Positions 1 through 8,522 of a stretch of 43,673 nucleotides of DNA are shown here, in pieces. Both the position numbers and the translations under genes were made by a program. Source of the stretch: an uncultured Candidatus Obscuribacterales bacterium (lineage in GTDB: Bacteria > Cyanobacteriota > Vampirovibrionia > Obscuribacterales > Obscuribacteraceae); contig CAYTDR010000001.1 in NCBI GenBank assembly GCA_964436185.1, positions 1 through 43,673 of the forward strand, read 5' to 3'. A model generated the notes under the pieces. The model was not told where the DNA came from, made no database searches, and saw nothing but the letters and a program-made list of their open reading frames with translations. Each line of letters starts with the position of its first letter. The stretch's first letter is position 1.

Positions 1-74
1 CAGGTTGCTAGACGCAATCGGATGGCTAGTCCTAGGTTTATTGACGAATCAAATGACTGTTTGAGACTAAAAGC

Positions 75-1295
75 TCAGGAATAAATTGACGATCGCTTAG
101 CGGTCTGCGAGTCGATAAGCCTATTGCCGAGCTTGAGAATCGTTGACCTTACTGGTCCTTCGAATACTAGTGTCGACGCATACGAGCTAGCGAAAAGAGT
201 GGCGAGATATATCACCGCGTCTTGAGAGCTATTCATCGTAGGATATCGCACGCCCAGATAGGCAAGGAAGACGCAGTGCAGAAGGAACATGGAGAAGCTG
301 ATGTTGCCCAACCAGACGAAAATACGCCAGCTGAGAATCTTGGACAGGAGACCACTTTCCATCGCCAAGACCACGATAAGCGCTGCACACGGGAGCATGG
401 GCAATCCGCAGTCGGCAATCCAAAGAGAACCAGCGTTGCTCGCCCAGGGAATGGTTGCTGCCCTGACCGGTTGTGAGCTGAAGCTGATGAGAATCAAGAG
501 CACGACACAGCAAAGCTCCAGCACCGTAGCTGGTACTACGGAGAGGCTGATATTCGCAAGTTTTTTGCCAAAGAAATAGGCTGCCACCATTCCAACAACA
601 AATTCAAGCATTCTCGACACAGGGTTGACGTACATGACGCCCAGGGCTGACCAGCCATGAGGCTGGCATTCGGGCAAGTTGAGCACGTTACAGAGAATGC
701 AGGCGCCGATCACCAGCGCCGCAGATGCTGCCACGACCAGATACCAGGAAGATTTGATTGCTCTTGCCAGCAATGGAAATGCGAGGTGCATGATGACGAG
801 TGCAGAACACGTCCAGGAAGCTGCGTTATACGAGTAAAAGATCTTCCAGTTCGGAATACATGACTGCATCAAAGTGAGATTGCACAAAAACATGGGAATC
901 TGGGCCTTCGTTACTCTGAATACTTCCGGCAGTAACGCGATCAAAAGCAACAGGGTGAAAAGGTGCGAAGGCCAGATGCGTGCAAACCTGGCCAGGTAGA
1001 AACGAGAAATCTCTTCCTTGCCTCTGATGTTCAAATAATTGTGTGCTAAAACGAACCCGGATATGACGAAGAAAAACGAAGTAGACTGCGACAGGTTGAA
1101 CATCTCTCCCACATGTCGCCAACTAGTAAATGAGCCCTGGCTGTGATGAAAAACGATGAAGAAAAGCGGAAAGAAACGAACCGCTGTCAGACATTGGAAT
1201 CGCTGCTTCGTGATTTTATTGTCGGACTCTTTTAGCTCCTGTGGCAAAGAATCCAGAGTCGATCGAAAGGACACCTCAGGTGCTGAGACTGTCAT
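75..1295 (-). CDS. Acyltransferase family 3 (OafA/YrhL-like integral-membrane O-acyltransferase)
   Basis: 406-aa ORF with about 10 hydrophobic segments. N-terminal 'LTAVRFFPLFFIVFHHS' and 'RFARIWPSHL' resemble the acyltransferase_3 signature. Confidence 0.75.
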   Translation of the reverse strand: MTVSAPEVSFRSTLDSLPQELKESDNKITKQRFQCLTAVRFFPLFFIVFHHSQGSFTSWRHVGEMFNLSQSTSFFFVISGFVLAHNYLNIRGKEEISRFYLARFARIWPSHLFTLLLLIALLPEVFRVTKAQIPMFLCNLTLMQSCIPNWKIFYSYNAASWTCSALVIMHLAFPLLARAIKSSWYLVVAASAALVIGACILCNVLNLPECQPHGWSALGVMYVNPVSRMLEFVVGMVAAYFFGKKLANISLSVVPATVLELCCVVLLILISFSSQPVRAATIPWASNAGSLWIADCGLPMLPCAALIVVLAMESGLLSKILSWRIFVWLGNISFSMFLLHCVFLAYLGVRYPTMNSSQDAVIYLATLFASSYASTLVFEGPVRSTILKLGNRLIDSQTAKRSSIYS

Positions 1296-1577
1296 GAATC
1301 GCCTCGCTGATAGGGCTGATCTCCTGAAAATATTATCAATTTACTCATCTTTCCACCTGAGTCGCGGCTTACATGCAACTAGCTTTTGACATCAAAAAAG
1401 TTGTTCAAAACCACTACCAGAGCAGGCGAAAGGACCTACTGTCATCCCGGAAATCAAGAGCAGGGCAGTCTTCCAGGAAAAAACATATCGGCGGATTTGG
1501 AACGTTAGCGAGCGGACAGCGGAAATCGGTCAACTATTATGAGAAAAATTTACCTCAGTCCCTGCGGTCCCTCACTG

Positions 1578-1598
1578 CAACAACAACAACAACAACAA
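1578..1598. repeat. (CAA)7 trinucleotide microsatellite in intergenic DNA
   Basis: Seven perfect CAA units read directly, inside the 515-bp gap between the TPR gene stop (1811) and the acyltransferase start (1295). Confidence 0.95.
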
Positions 1599-1810
1599 CC
1601 GCGGGCAGTGTATTCAGCCGCATTTGGCAATATACTGGTCCCGCCTCCTAAAATTCAGATGCTGCAATCACGAAAGCGGCAGGAGAAGACGAGGCTGATG
1701 ACATGCCCGGAACTATGCCACTACCCATGGTGATAAGTCTATGGCAAGTCCACGATGATACCATTTAATTATGCTTACCGAAAATCAATGGTGAGCACGG
1801 AATAGCCGAA

Positions 1811-2938
1811 TCAAGACATCTGCTTCGGTCGATAATCTTCCAAAATTTTATCCATGCGCTCCCGTGCTTCTCTTGCCTCGTTGTTTCGGCCGGTTCGTTC
1901 TAGTGCCACCGCATGTGCCTGCAACGATTTTGCCAGCATCGGCGGGAAACCGCCACGCTCGCGTATTTTTACTGACTGGGCAAGCAACGTCTCAGCTTCT
2001 TCGAAGCGGCGCAACTCGATCAAAAGAGAACCCAGTCCGTAGGCCGAGACGGCCACGTCCAGATGCTCCGGTCCGAGTACAGCCAGTCTCATCTCGAGTG
2101 CTTTGCGGAACAGGAACTCGGCTTCCGGCTGCATTTGCTGAGACTTGTACAAGTCAGCAAGCAACTGCACGTTGTCCGCCACAATCGGGTGGTCGGGCCA
2201 CAAATCTCCGGTCTCAGAAAGGAGTGAATAACGAAAGAGAGTCTCGGCTTCCTCGAATTCCTGCGCCTTGTATTTTCTGAGCGCGAGCAACAAGAGACTC
2301 TCCTGCAGGTGATTGAAGTCCGCTACAAGTGAACCTTGTCTGACTCTGCCAGCATACTCTTCTACCTGCCGCAGACAGTCTTTGATATCGCGGCCGAGTC
2401 GATGACAGATAAGAACCATAGCCATGGTGGCAACTGCATACAAAATGCTTCTCTGATCAACACGAGAATAAATTTGCCGCGACGCGTCTACCAATTCTCT
2501 CGATTGTTCGAATTTCCCCCAGGCGAAATAGAGTGCCGCCAGATAGTTTTGCCTGGTAGCAATCTCGAGCTCATCACCGGGGAAATGCTCGCGCGTCTCT
2601 TCCAGCGCGCGCGTGTAATATGGCTCAGACTCGGCGAACTGCGATTGCAGCCGTTTTAGAATTCCAAGGCTGTGAAGCGAGCAAATGATACCTTGCCTGT
2701 CTTGAGGAAAATGACGCTCTCTCAGACCAAGGGAACGCTCGTAGTAGCTTTCCGCTTCTGCATACTTACCTATTGCATGCAAACTGTAGGCAACTCGCTC
2801 GAGAGGCATGACCAGCTCTGGGCTCTCCTCACCAACTGAAGATTCCAGGCTCGTCAGCTCGAGTTTCAGCGATTCAGCCTGACTAGTACTCTCGTGCTCG
2901 CCCAAACGGTTCTCTCCTCGAAACTCACCGACCGTCAT
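1811..2938 (-). CDS. Tetratricopeptide (TPR_10/TPR_12-like) repeat protein
   Basis: 375-aa ORF with repeated 34-aa helical units of the pattern A..Y/F.RAL.I.E...G..HP (for example 'AEFLFRKALEMRLAVLGPEHLDVAVSAYGLG'). No signal peptide. Confidence 0.75.
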   Translation of the reverse strand: MTVGEFRGENRLGEHESTSQAESLKLELTSLESSVGEESPELVMPLERVAYSLHAIGKYAEAESYYERSLGLRERHFPQDRQGIICSLHSLGILKRLQSQFAESEPYYTRALEETREHFPGDELEIATRQNYLAALYFAWGKFEQSRELVDASRQIYSRVDQRSILYAVATMAMVLICHRLGRDIKDCLRQVEEYAGRVRQGSLVADFNHLQESLLLLALRKYKAQEFEEAETLFRYSLLSETGDLWPDHPIVADNVQLLADLYKSQQMQPEAEFLFRKALEMRLAVLGPEHLDVAVSAYGLGSLLIELRRFEEAETLLAQSVKIRERGGFPPMLAKSLQAHAVALERTGRNNEAREARERMDKILEDYRPKQMS

Positions 2939-3013
2939 TTTATGCCACGTTCAGAAAAAATCCCTTCATTGTACAATTTGTTTTGGCATCCACAGATAGA
3001 AACGCTCATATCA

Positions 3014-4534
3014 ATGAATATCACCCGGCGAAAATTTGTCAAAGGCGCAGCGGCTGTGCTGCTCGGTTCTCTCATTTGCCGAGATGTCAGTGCGCGACCG
3101 ACATTTACTTCCGATCCATTTAAACTTGGCGTGGCGTCGGGTTCACCGAGGCCAGATAGTATCGTGCTCTGGACGCGTCTTGCGCCGAAACCACTGGAAG
3201 GCGGCGGGTTGGAACCAGTTCCCATAGAGGTGAAGTGGGAAATCGCAGACGATGAGGCTTTCCATAAGATCGTTAAGAGCGGCACAAAAGTAGCTGATCC
3301 CACGTATGCTCACTCGATCCATGTTGAAGTGAACGGTTTGCAGCCTGGACGGTGGTACTGGTATAGGTTCTTTTCCGGAGATGCGGTTAGCCCAATCGGT
3401 TATACTCGAACCGCTCCAGCACTCGATTCGCTCGAGCCCTTTCGATTCAGTTTTGCTTCCTGCCAGATGTATGAGCAAGGCTATTACACGGCGCACAGAC
3501 ATATGGCTGAGGAAAACTTGGACCTGGTCGTTTTCCTCGGCGATTATATTTATGAGTGCTCGTGGGGTTTAAACAATGTTCGCAAGCATGAAGGTCCTGA
3601 CGTCCACACCCTTGAAGAATATAGAAATCGATTTGCATGCTATAAGAGCGATCCGGACCTGCAGCGCTGCCATGCTCGTTTTCCCTGGATTACGACCTGG
3701 GACGACCACGAAGTCGAAAATGACTATGCAAATGATCGTTCTCAAAATCTGGATCCGAACTTTTTGGCTCGCCGGTCTGCAGCTTATCAGGCATACTACG
3801 AGCATATGCCACTGCCTGAATCCTGCGCTCCGCACAATTCAGGGATGCGAATTTACGACGCATATGACTTCGGCAAGTTGACGCGCTTTCACGTACTGGA
3901 TGACAGGCAATACAGAGACTATCAGGTGAGTCCGAAAGCAGGACATGGTGGCTCTAACACTATTGATGATTGTCCTGAGCGAAATGATCCAAAGCTCACT
4001 ATGCTCGGATGGGAACAGGAAGATTGGCTCAAAAAGAGCCTTAACGAATCTTCGGCCGTATGGGACGTCATAGTTCAGCAAACTTTGATGGCACAGGTGG
4101 TGCATCCGGTTCGAAAATTCTGGACCGATGGTTGGGATGGTTATCCCGCAGCCAGAAAGCGTTTGCTTGAAGCGGCAAGCAAGAGACCTTCATCAAACAG
4201 CATCGTTATCGGTGGCGATTTACATGCTTATGCCGTCTGTGACCTGAAACTGGATTTCGATGATGCGAAGTCCCCGACCGTCGCCACAGAACTTTGCGGA
4301 ACGTCTATCTCCTCTCAAGGACCTGCGATCCCAACAGACGAATGGCTGAAGTACAATCCGCACATACATTATTTGAACGGAGCGCTTCGCGGGTATGTGA
4401 CGGTGGAGCTAGGACAGAAACAGGCAGATGTATTGCTCAGGACAATTGAGAGCGAGAAGACGCCGGAGACCAAAATCAGAACTCTGGAACAATATGTTGT
4501 CGAGAAAGACAGACCGGGTGCCAAGAAAGTCTAG
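3014..4534 (+). CDS. phoD: PhoD-like alkaline phosphatase/phosphodiesterase with Tat signal
   Basis: Twin-arginine signal 'MNITRRKFVKGAAAVLLGS' and metallophosphatase motifs 'VFLGDYIYE' and 'TWDDHEVENDY'. Start moved from 2894 to the ATG at 3014, which begins the Tat signal and removes the overlap with the divergent TPR gene. Confidence 0.85.
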   Translation: MNITRRKFVKGAAAVLLGSLICRDVSARPTFTSDPFKLGVASGSPRPDSIVLWTRLAPKPLEGGGLEPVPIEVKWEIADDEAFHKIVKSGTKVADPTYAHSIHVEVNGLQPGRWYWYRFFSGDAVSPIGYTRTAPALDSLEPFRFSFASCQMYEQGYYTAHRHMAEENLDLVVFLGDYIYECSWGLNNVRKHEGPDVHTLEEYRNRFACYKSDPDLQRCHARFPWITTWDDHEVENDYANDRSQNLDPNFLARRSAAYQAYYEHMPLPESCAPHNSGMRIYDAYDFGKLTRFHVLDDRQYRDYQVSPKAGHGGSNTIDDCPERNDPKLTMLGWEQEDWLKKSLNESSAVWDVIVQQTLMAQVVHPVRKFWTDGWDGYPAARKRLLEAASKRPSSNSIVIGGDLHAYAVCDLKLDFDDAKSPTVATELCGTSISSQGPAIPTDEWLKYNPHIHYLNGALRGYVTVELGQKQADVLLRTIESEKTPETKIRTLEQYVVEKDRPGAKKV

Positions 4535-4787
4535 CCAGGCAATTGAAAAAAACATCGGCATTTGACAAAAATGCATTGACGGCGGTGCTAACGAGTGATC
4601 GGCGGCGCGTCAATGAAGATGTAACGATACAGTCGTCGATAGAAGAAGCAAGATAAAGTTGTACTTCTAGTCGAATGATTGATTTAATGGTCTCCTAATT
4701 CTTCGAGGCAATGTGTCGAGCCGTTTGGCAGGCAGCGCAGCATTAGCACCGGGTCGCTCAGCATATGGCAGACAACAGAGGTAGGGC

Positions 4788-5954
4788 ATGAAGAAAATAC
4801 GTTTGGGCTTTGTTCTCGCGATCAGTGCAATGAGCTTTCTCGCAACGACGGCATCAGTGCGCTCGGTAAAAGCCGAGACTAGCAGAAAATGGGGATTCAT
4901 CAACGTTGTTGGCAAGATGATGATTGAGCCCGAATACCTTGATGCACACAGCTTCTCAGACGGGCTTGCGTTGGTGAAAGTGAGCACCAATGGAGAAGAG
5001 CTCTACGGGTTTATCAACGGGCGGGGAGAATTGAAGATCGGCGCGAATTTCAAAAACGCCGGTGATTTTGCCGAAGGTCTTGCTGCAGTTCAACTGCCCG
5101 ACAGCGGTGAATTCCTTAGCCAATTCGGCGCCGAGAGTGCCGGCAAATGGGGATGGATAGATAAGACAGGAAACTTTGTCATCAAGCCACAGTTCGACAA
5201 CGCCAAACAGTTTTCAGACGGTTTGGCAGCCGCTACCAATGGTGGCGCCTATGGTTACGTGGACAAGTCAGGCTCCTGGGCAATAAAACCGCAATTTTAC
5301 CTGGCCTGCCCATTCTCGAGCGGACGAGCGGCTGTCCTTGTCAATGAGCAAACAGGATTTCTATCAATAAGCTCTTCTACCGACAAATACAGAGCTTCCG
5401 GAGGTCACTGGTACTACATCGATAAAGATGGCAAATTTGCATTTGGCTCGTTCGATGACTGTGGCATTTATGATAATGGCCTTGCACCGGTTGCGCTCGG
5501 AAGACACCAGGGGTCGATTAAGCCAGACAGATGGGGATTTGTGGACACGAGAGGCAAATTCGTCATAGCGCCGAAGTTCAACGATGTCCGCGCAATGTCA
5601 GACAAAATGGCCGCAGTACAAACGGGTTCTTGGACGGATATGGGTCAGGGCTTCCGCTCCTGGAGTCCAGGCAAATGGGGCTACATCAATGAGTCCGGAA
5701 AACAAGTCATAGATTCACAATTCGATCACGCCGATCCATTTTCTGAGGGAATGGCGGCTGTCGAGGTAAATGGCAAATGGGGATACATCGATAAAAAAGG
5801 AAAGATCGTGATCGAGCCACAGTTCATCGGAAACCTCTGCTTCGCAAATGAACTGGCACCAGTCTTGATTGAGAAAGAGGTAACGACAAAAGAATCATCA
5901 AGCGGACCCCAGACGAATGCACCGCAAGATGCTGCTGCTGAATCCGAAGAGTGA
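4788..5954 (+). CDS. Secreted WG-repeat (KWG) beta-repeat protein
   Basis: Signal peptide 'MKKIRLGFVLAISAMSFLATTASV'. About 8 repeats of 'GKWG[FWY]I[DN]..G..VI.PQF'. GAGG ribosome-binding site upstream. Confidence 0.8.
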   Translation: MKKIRLGFVLAISAMSFLATTASVRSVKAETSRKWGFINVVGKMMIEPEYLDAHSFSDGLALVKVSTNGEELYGFINGRGELKIGANFKNAGDFAEGLAAVQLPDSGEFLSQFGAESAGKWGWIDKTGNFVIKPQFDNAKQFSDGLAAATNGGAYGYVDKSGSWAIKPQFYLACPFSSGRAAVLVNEQTGFLSISSSTDKYRASGGHWYYIDKDGKFAFGSFDDCGIYDNGLAPVALGRHQGSIKPDRWGFVDTRGKFVIAPKFNDVRAMSDKMAAVQTGSWTDMGQGFRSWSPGKWGYINESGKQVIDSQFDHADPFSEGMAAVEVNGKWGYIDKKGKIVIEPQFIGNLCFANELAPVLIEKEVTTKESSSGPQTNAPQDAAAESEE

Positions 5955-5959
5955 CCCAA

Positions 5960-5979
5960 AGGTCCGCGGATAAGGACCT
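5960..5979. terminator. Hairpin between convergent stop codons (possible bidirectional terminator)
   Basis: AGGTCC-gcggataa-GGACCT is a perfect 6-bp inverted repeat in the 27-bp spacer between the stops at 5954 (+) and 5982 (-). No U-tract. Confidence 0.3.
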
Positions 5980-5981
5980 AC

Positions 5982-6371
5982 TCAGGATCCTTGTGAAAGC
6001 CGGAACGTCGGCACGCCGTCGGTCGCTCCATCCTCCTCGAGCCCTTCATAGAAGACATGGTCTGCGTCCTTCAGGTAGTCGAAAAGGGCATTGTTCGCCA
6101 GATACATGAACTCGAAGAAGGTCATCGCCTTACCATCACGGCTGGTGAGTTTCGCATCCAATTCTTCGTACTCGTCTGCGCCTTCAGGAACTCCATCGAA
6201 CAGCAAAACAATGCTGCTCGACTTCGTCAGAAGAAAATCTCCCAGCGGCAGTGTCATTTTACAGATGTCCCTGTTGTATTCAGAGAAGGCCTGAAGAAAC
6301 TTAGAGAAGTCGTTGTAGGTTTCTTTTCCGAACGCCCAGGCAAAGCTGTTCAGAGACAGTTTCGTAGTCAT
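5982..6371 (-). CDS. Small acidic cytosolic protein of unknown function
   Basis: 129-aa ORF with a perfect AGGAGG Shine-Dalgarno 6 nt upstream of the ATG. No signal peptide or TM segment, and no motif I recognise. Confidence 0.6.
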   Translation of the reverse strand: MTTKLSLNSFAWAFGKETYNDFSKFLQAFSEYNRDICKMTLPLGDFLLTKSSSIVLLFDGVPEGADEYEELDAKLTSRDGKAMTFFEFMYLANNALFDYLKDADHVFYEGLEEDGATDGVPTFRLSQGS

Positions 6372-6479
6372 AGTGAACCTCCTGCGAAAACCAGTCTATT
6401 GAGGCTTCAGAAGCAAGATCCTTTGACTCACGCTATTCCCGACCCGGACGAGAGGTTAAATGCCTGGTCCTGGCAATCT

Positions 6480-8309
6480 CTAGCCTTTGGGTTTAACAGG
6501 GGTCTTAGCCGATGATTTCTTCTTGCCCTTCACCTTGTTGTCGGTGCTACCCACTACTTGACCCTGTACATTGGCGCCGGAGCCAGGCAAGAGTGAAGCA
6601 GATGTGACAGCCTCGCCGGTGAACTTCTGTTGTAGCTCGACAAGGAACTCATCACCCGGTTTGATGATGCACTCCTGACCCTTGGTGACTGTGTCCTCGA
6701 TGATCCAGCTTCCTGGAATTCCACTCAAGAATCCCCAACAGAAGCCTTTCAGTCTGCGGTGAGGGACGTTGGTTCCCACCGGTCTCATGAAGGCAAAGGA
6801 AGGATTCATTGCGCCGATTACACCAAGAGCGACAGGCATAGCGCCGAAGGAGAACACTCCTGCCGGTGCGAGTGCTGCGTTCAATCCAATTCTGATTGCT
6901 TTGTATCGCAACTGCTGACCCCACGGTCCGGTGATCTCACCGTTGTGGTTGACACCGAGGAGCCGTCCTTCAGCCTTGTTCTTCACAATGCGCGATTTGC
7001 GAGCGGGCTTGGCGTTCAATGCCACATGCTCGCCGTTGTAGGCAACGATTTCATCGAAGCTGAATCCGAGAACACCGGAGTTGCGATACCACCGGTTAGG
7101 GCTGACCAGCGAATGCATTACGGACCTGGCGGGCATCTGATAGTTGACGTGACCGCGGACCATGTCGCCTTTCTTGGCGACGAGCTTTTTACCAATCTCG
7201 AGATCGTACTTTAAACGCCCCTGAATAATGTCGCCCTTCTTGGCAGTTTTGCTGGAGATTTGGCTGGACATGACAATCGGGAACTGCGCCCCAGATTTGA
7301 TGCATGTCTTTCCTTCATCTGTAGGAAGCTCTTCATAGGCGATAGTCTCTTCGATTTCTTGCAGCTCATCGTTGTCGACCACGATTACGTCGGCATCTCC
7401 AACGTTCGCCTCGACAAAGCCTTCTTGAAGGAAGGCAAGCTCGGTCGAGTCGTTGGACGCGGCGAAGCCTGCATAGCCGATCTTTCTAGCAGCCTGCCCT
7501 GGCAGATCATCACTGTCGGCGGTGTTACGCGCCGAGATTTCTTTGGGCTCCGGAGTAGCGGTCGTCGTTGCAGAAGGTGCAACTGCCACTGGTGCCGCTT
7601 TGGTGGCAGCGGGCGAGGCTGTCGTCGTCGGTACGACCGAGACTGGTGTGGCAACCTGTGTTACAGAAGTTGGCTTGGCGGTAGCTGGAGCGCCGCCCCA
7701 GCCTGCAGCTGTGCCACCTGAAGGTTTGTTCTCGTCCATACCGCGCAAAACGGGACCGTCCGCAGGCGAAGCAGCATTGATTCTCGTAGAAACGGGCTCT
7801 GATGCGGCTTCCTGATCAACCGGCGTCCATACGGATTTGCCCGGTATCTCTTTCTTTGCTTCTTTTGGTTCTTTGTCAGGAGCACCAACAGTCTTCTCTT
7901 TTAGAGCCGACCATGACAGCTTGGATGCGATTGATTTGACGCTGCTCTCTTTCGCTGGAGCGCTTTCCTTGACAAAACCTGCTTGAGGTTGCTCAACCGG
8001 CGTCCAAACAGATTTCGAAGCCTTGACGTCTTTCTTGTCTTTAGCAAGGGAGTCATTGGCGTCTTTTTCCGGAGAAGTCAGCCAGGCGATCTTTCGCCCT
8101 TTGGCCGGCGGATTGACCGGAACTGTATCGGCGGTCTCCACAGGTGTCCAAACGGACTTAGAAGAGACTACTTCTTTGGTCTCCTTCACATCCGCCGCAG
8201 CATATGCAGGGACGCCCGTCATATACAAAAAGAGTTGCCCTGCCAGCAAGGCCCGGACTAACCTGTCGAATTTCTTGGACGACCGATTTCTTTTTTGCAA
8301 ACGCACCAT
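6480..8309 (-). CDS. Secreted repeat protein of unknown family (KSVWTPV repeats, A/T/P-rich linker, beta-rich C-terminal domain, Lys-rich tail)
   Basis: The long ORF runs 6480-8381. I place the start at the ATG at 8309, where signal-peptide-like 'MVRLQKRNRSSKKFDRLVRALLAGQLFLYMTGVPAYAAA' begins. 'KSVWTPV[ED]' occurs three times. C-terminal 'GAQFPIVMSSQISSKTAKKGDIIQGRL...KKGDMVRGHV' faintly recalls VirB10/TrbI-type beta domains. Confidence 0.6.
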   Translation of the reverse strand: MVRLQKRNRSSKKFDRLVRALLAGQLFLYMTGVPAYAAADVKETKEVVSSKSVWTPVETADTVPVNPPAKGRKIAWLTSPEKDANDSLAKDKKDVKASKSVWTPVEQPQAGFVKESAPAKESSVKSIASKLSWSALKEKTVGAPDKEPKEAKKEIPGKSVWTPVDQEAASEPVSTRINAASPADGPVLRGMDENKPSGGTAAGWGGAPATAKPTSVTQVATPVSVVPTTTASPAATKAAPVAVAPSATTTATPEPKEISARNTADSDDLPGQAARKIGYAGFAASNDSTELAFLQEGFVEANVGDADVIVVDNDELQEIEETIAYEELPTDEGKTCIKSGAQFPIVMSSQISSKTAKKGDIIQGRLKYDLEIGKKLVAKKGDMVRGHVNYQMPARSVMHSLVSPNRWYRNSGVLGFSFDEIVAYNGEHVALNAKPARKSRIVKNKAEGRLLGVNHNGEITGPWGQQLRYKAIRIGLNAALAPAGVFSFGAMPVALGVIGAMNPSFAFMRPVGTNVPHRRLKGFCWGFLSGIPGSWIIEDTVTKGQECIIKPGDEFLVELQQKFTGEAVTSASLLPGSGANVQGQVVGSTDNKVKGKKKSSAKTPVKPKG

Positions 8310-8522
8310 AGGAGATCCCTTCTGTACTAGCTCACTGCTACGCCGACTACATATCGAAATTAAGTGTTGATACATCGCCAATTGATATCACTTGACCGAT
8401 AGTTAGTAAAGGACACCTCTTTGCAGCATCCTGTTCACTCGAACTATTTATACAATGCAACTACCCTTGATATCACACTTGACGACCGAATTTTATATGA
8501 CTTCTAACAACCTCCTTAAGAT

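Noticed and set aside
2894-3013. N-terminal 40-codon extension of the phoD ORF given by the track
   Set aside because: The twin-arginine signal starts at the ATG at 3014. The extension would bury the signal peptide and overlap the divergent TPR gene start (2938).
2939-3013. Pho box upstream of phoD
   Set aside because: I could find no tandem CTGTCAT-type or PyTTAAPyPy(T/A)-type repeats at 11-bp spacing. There is only an isolated TTGTACAA palindrome.
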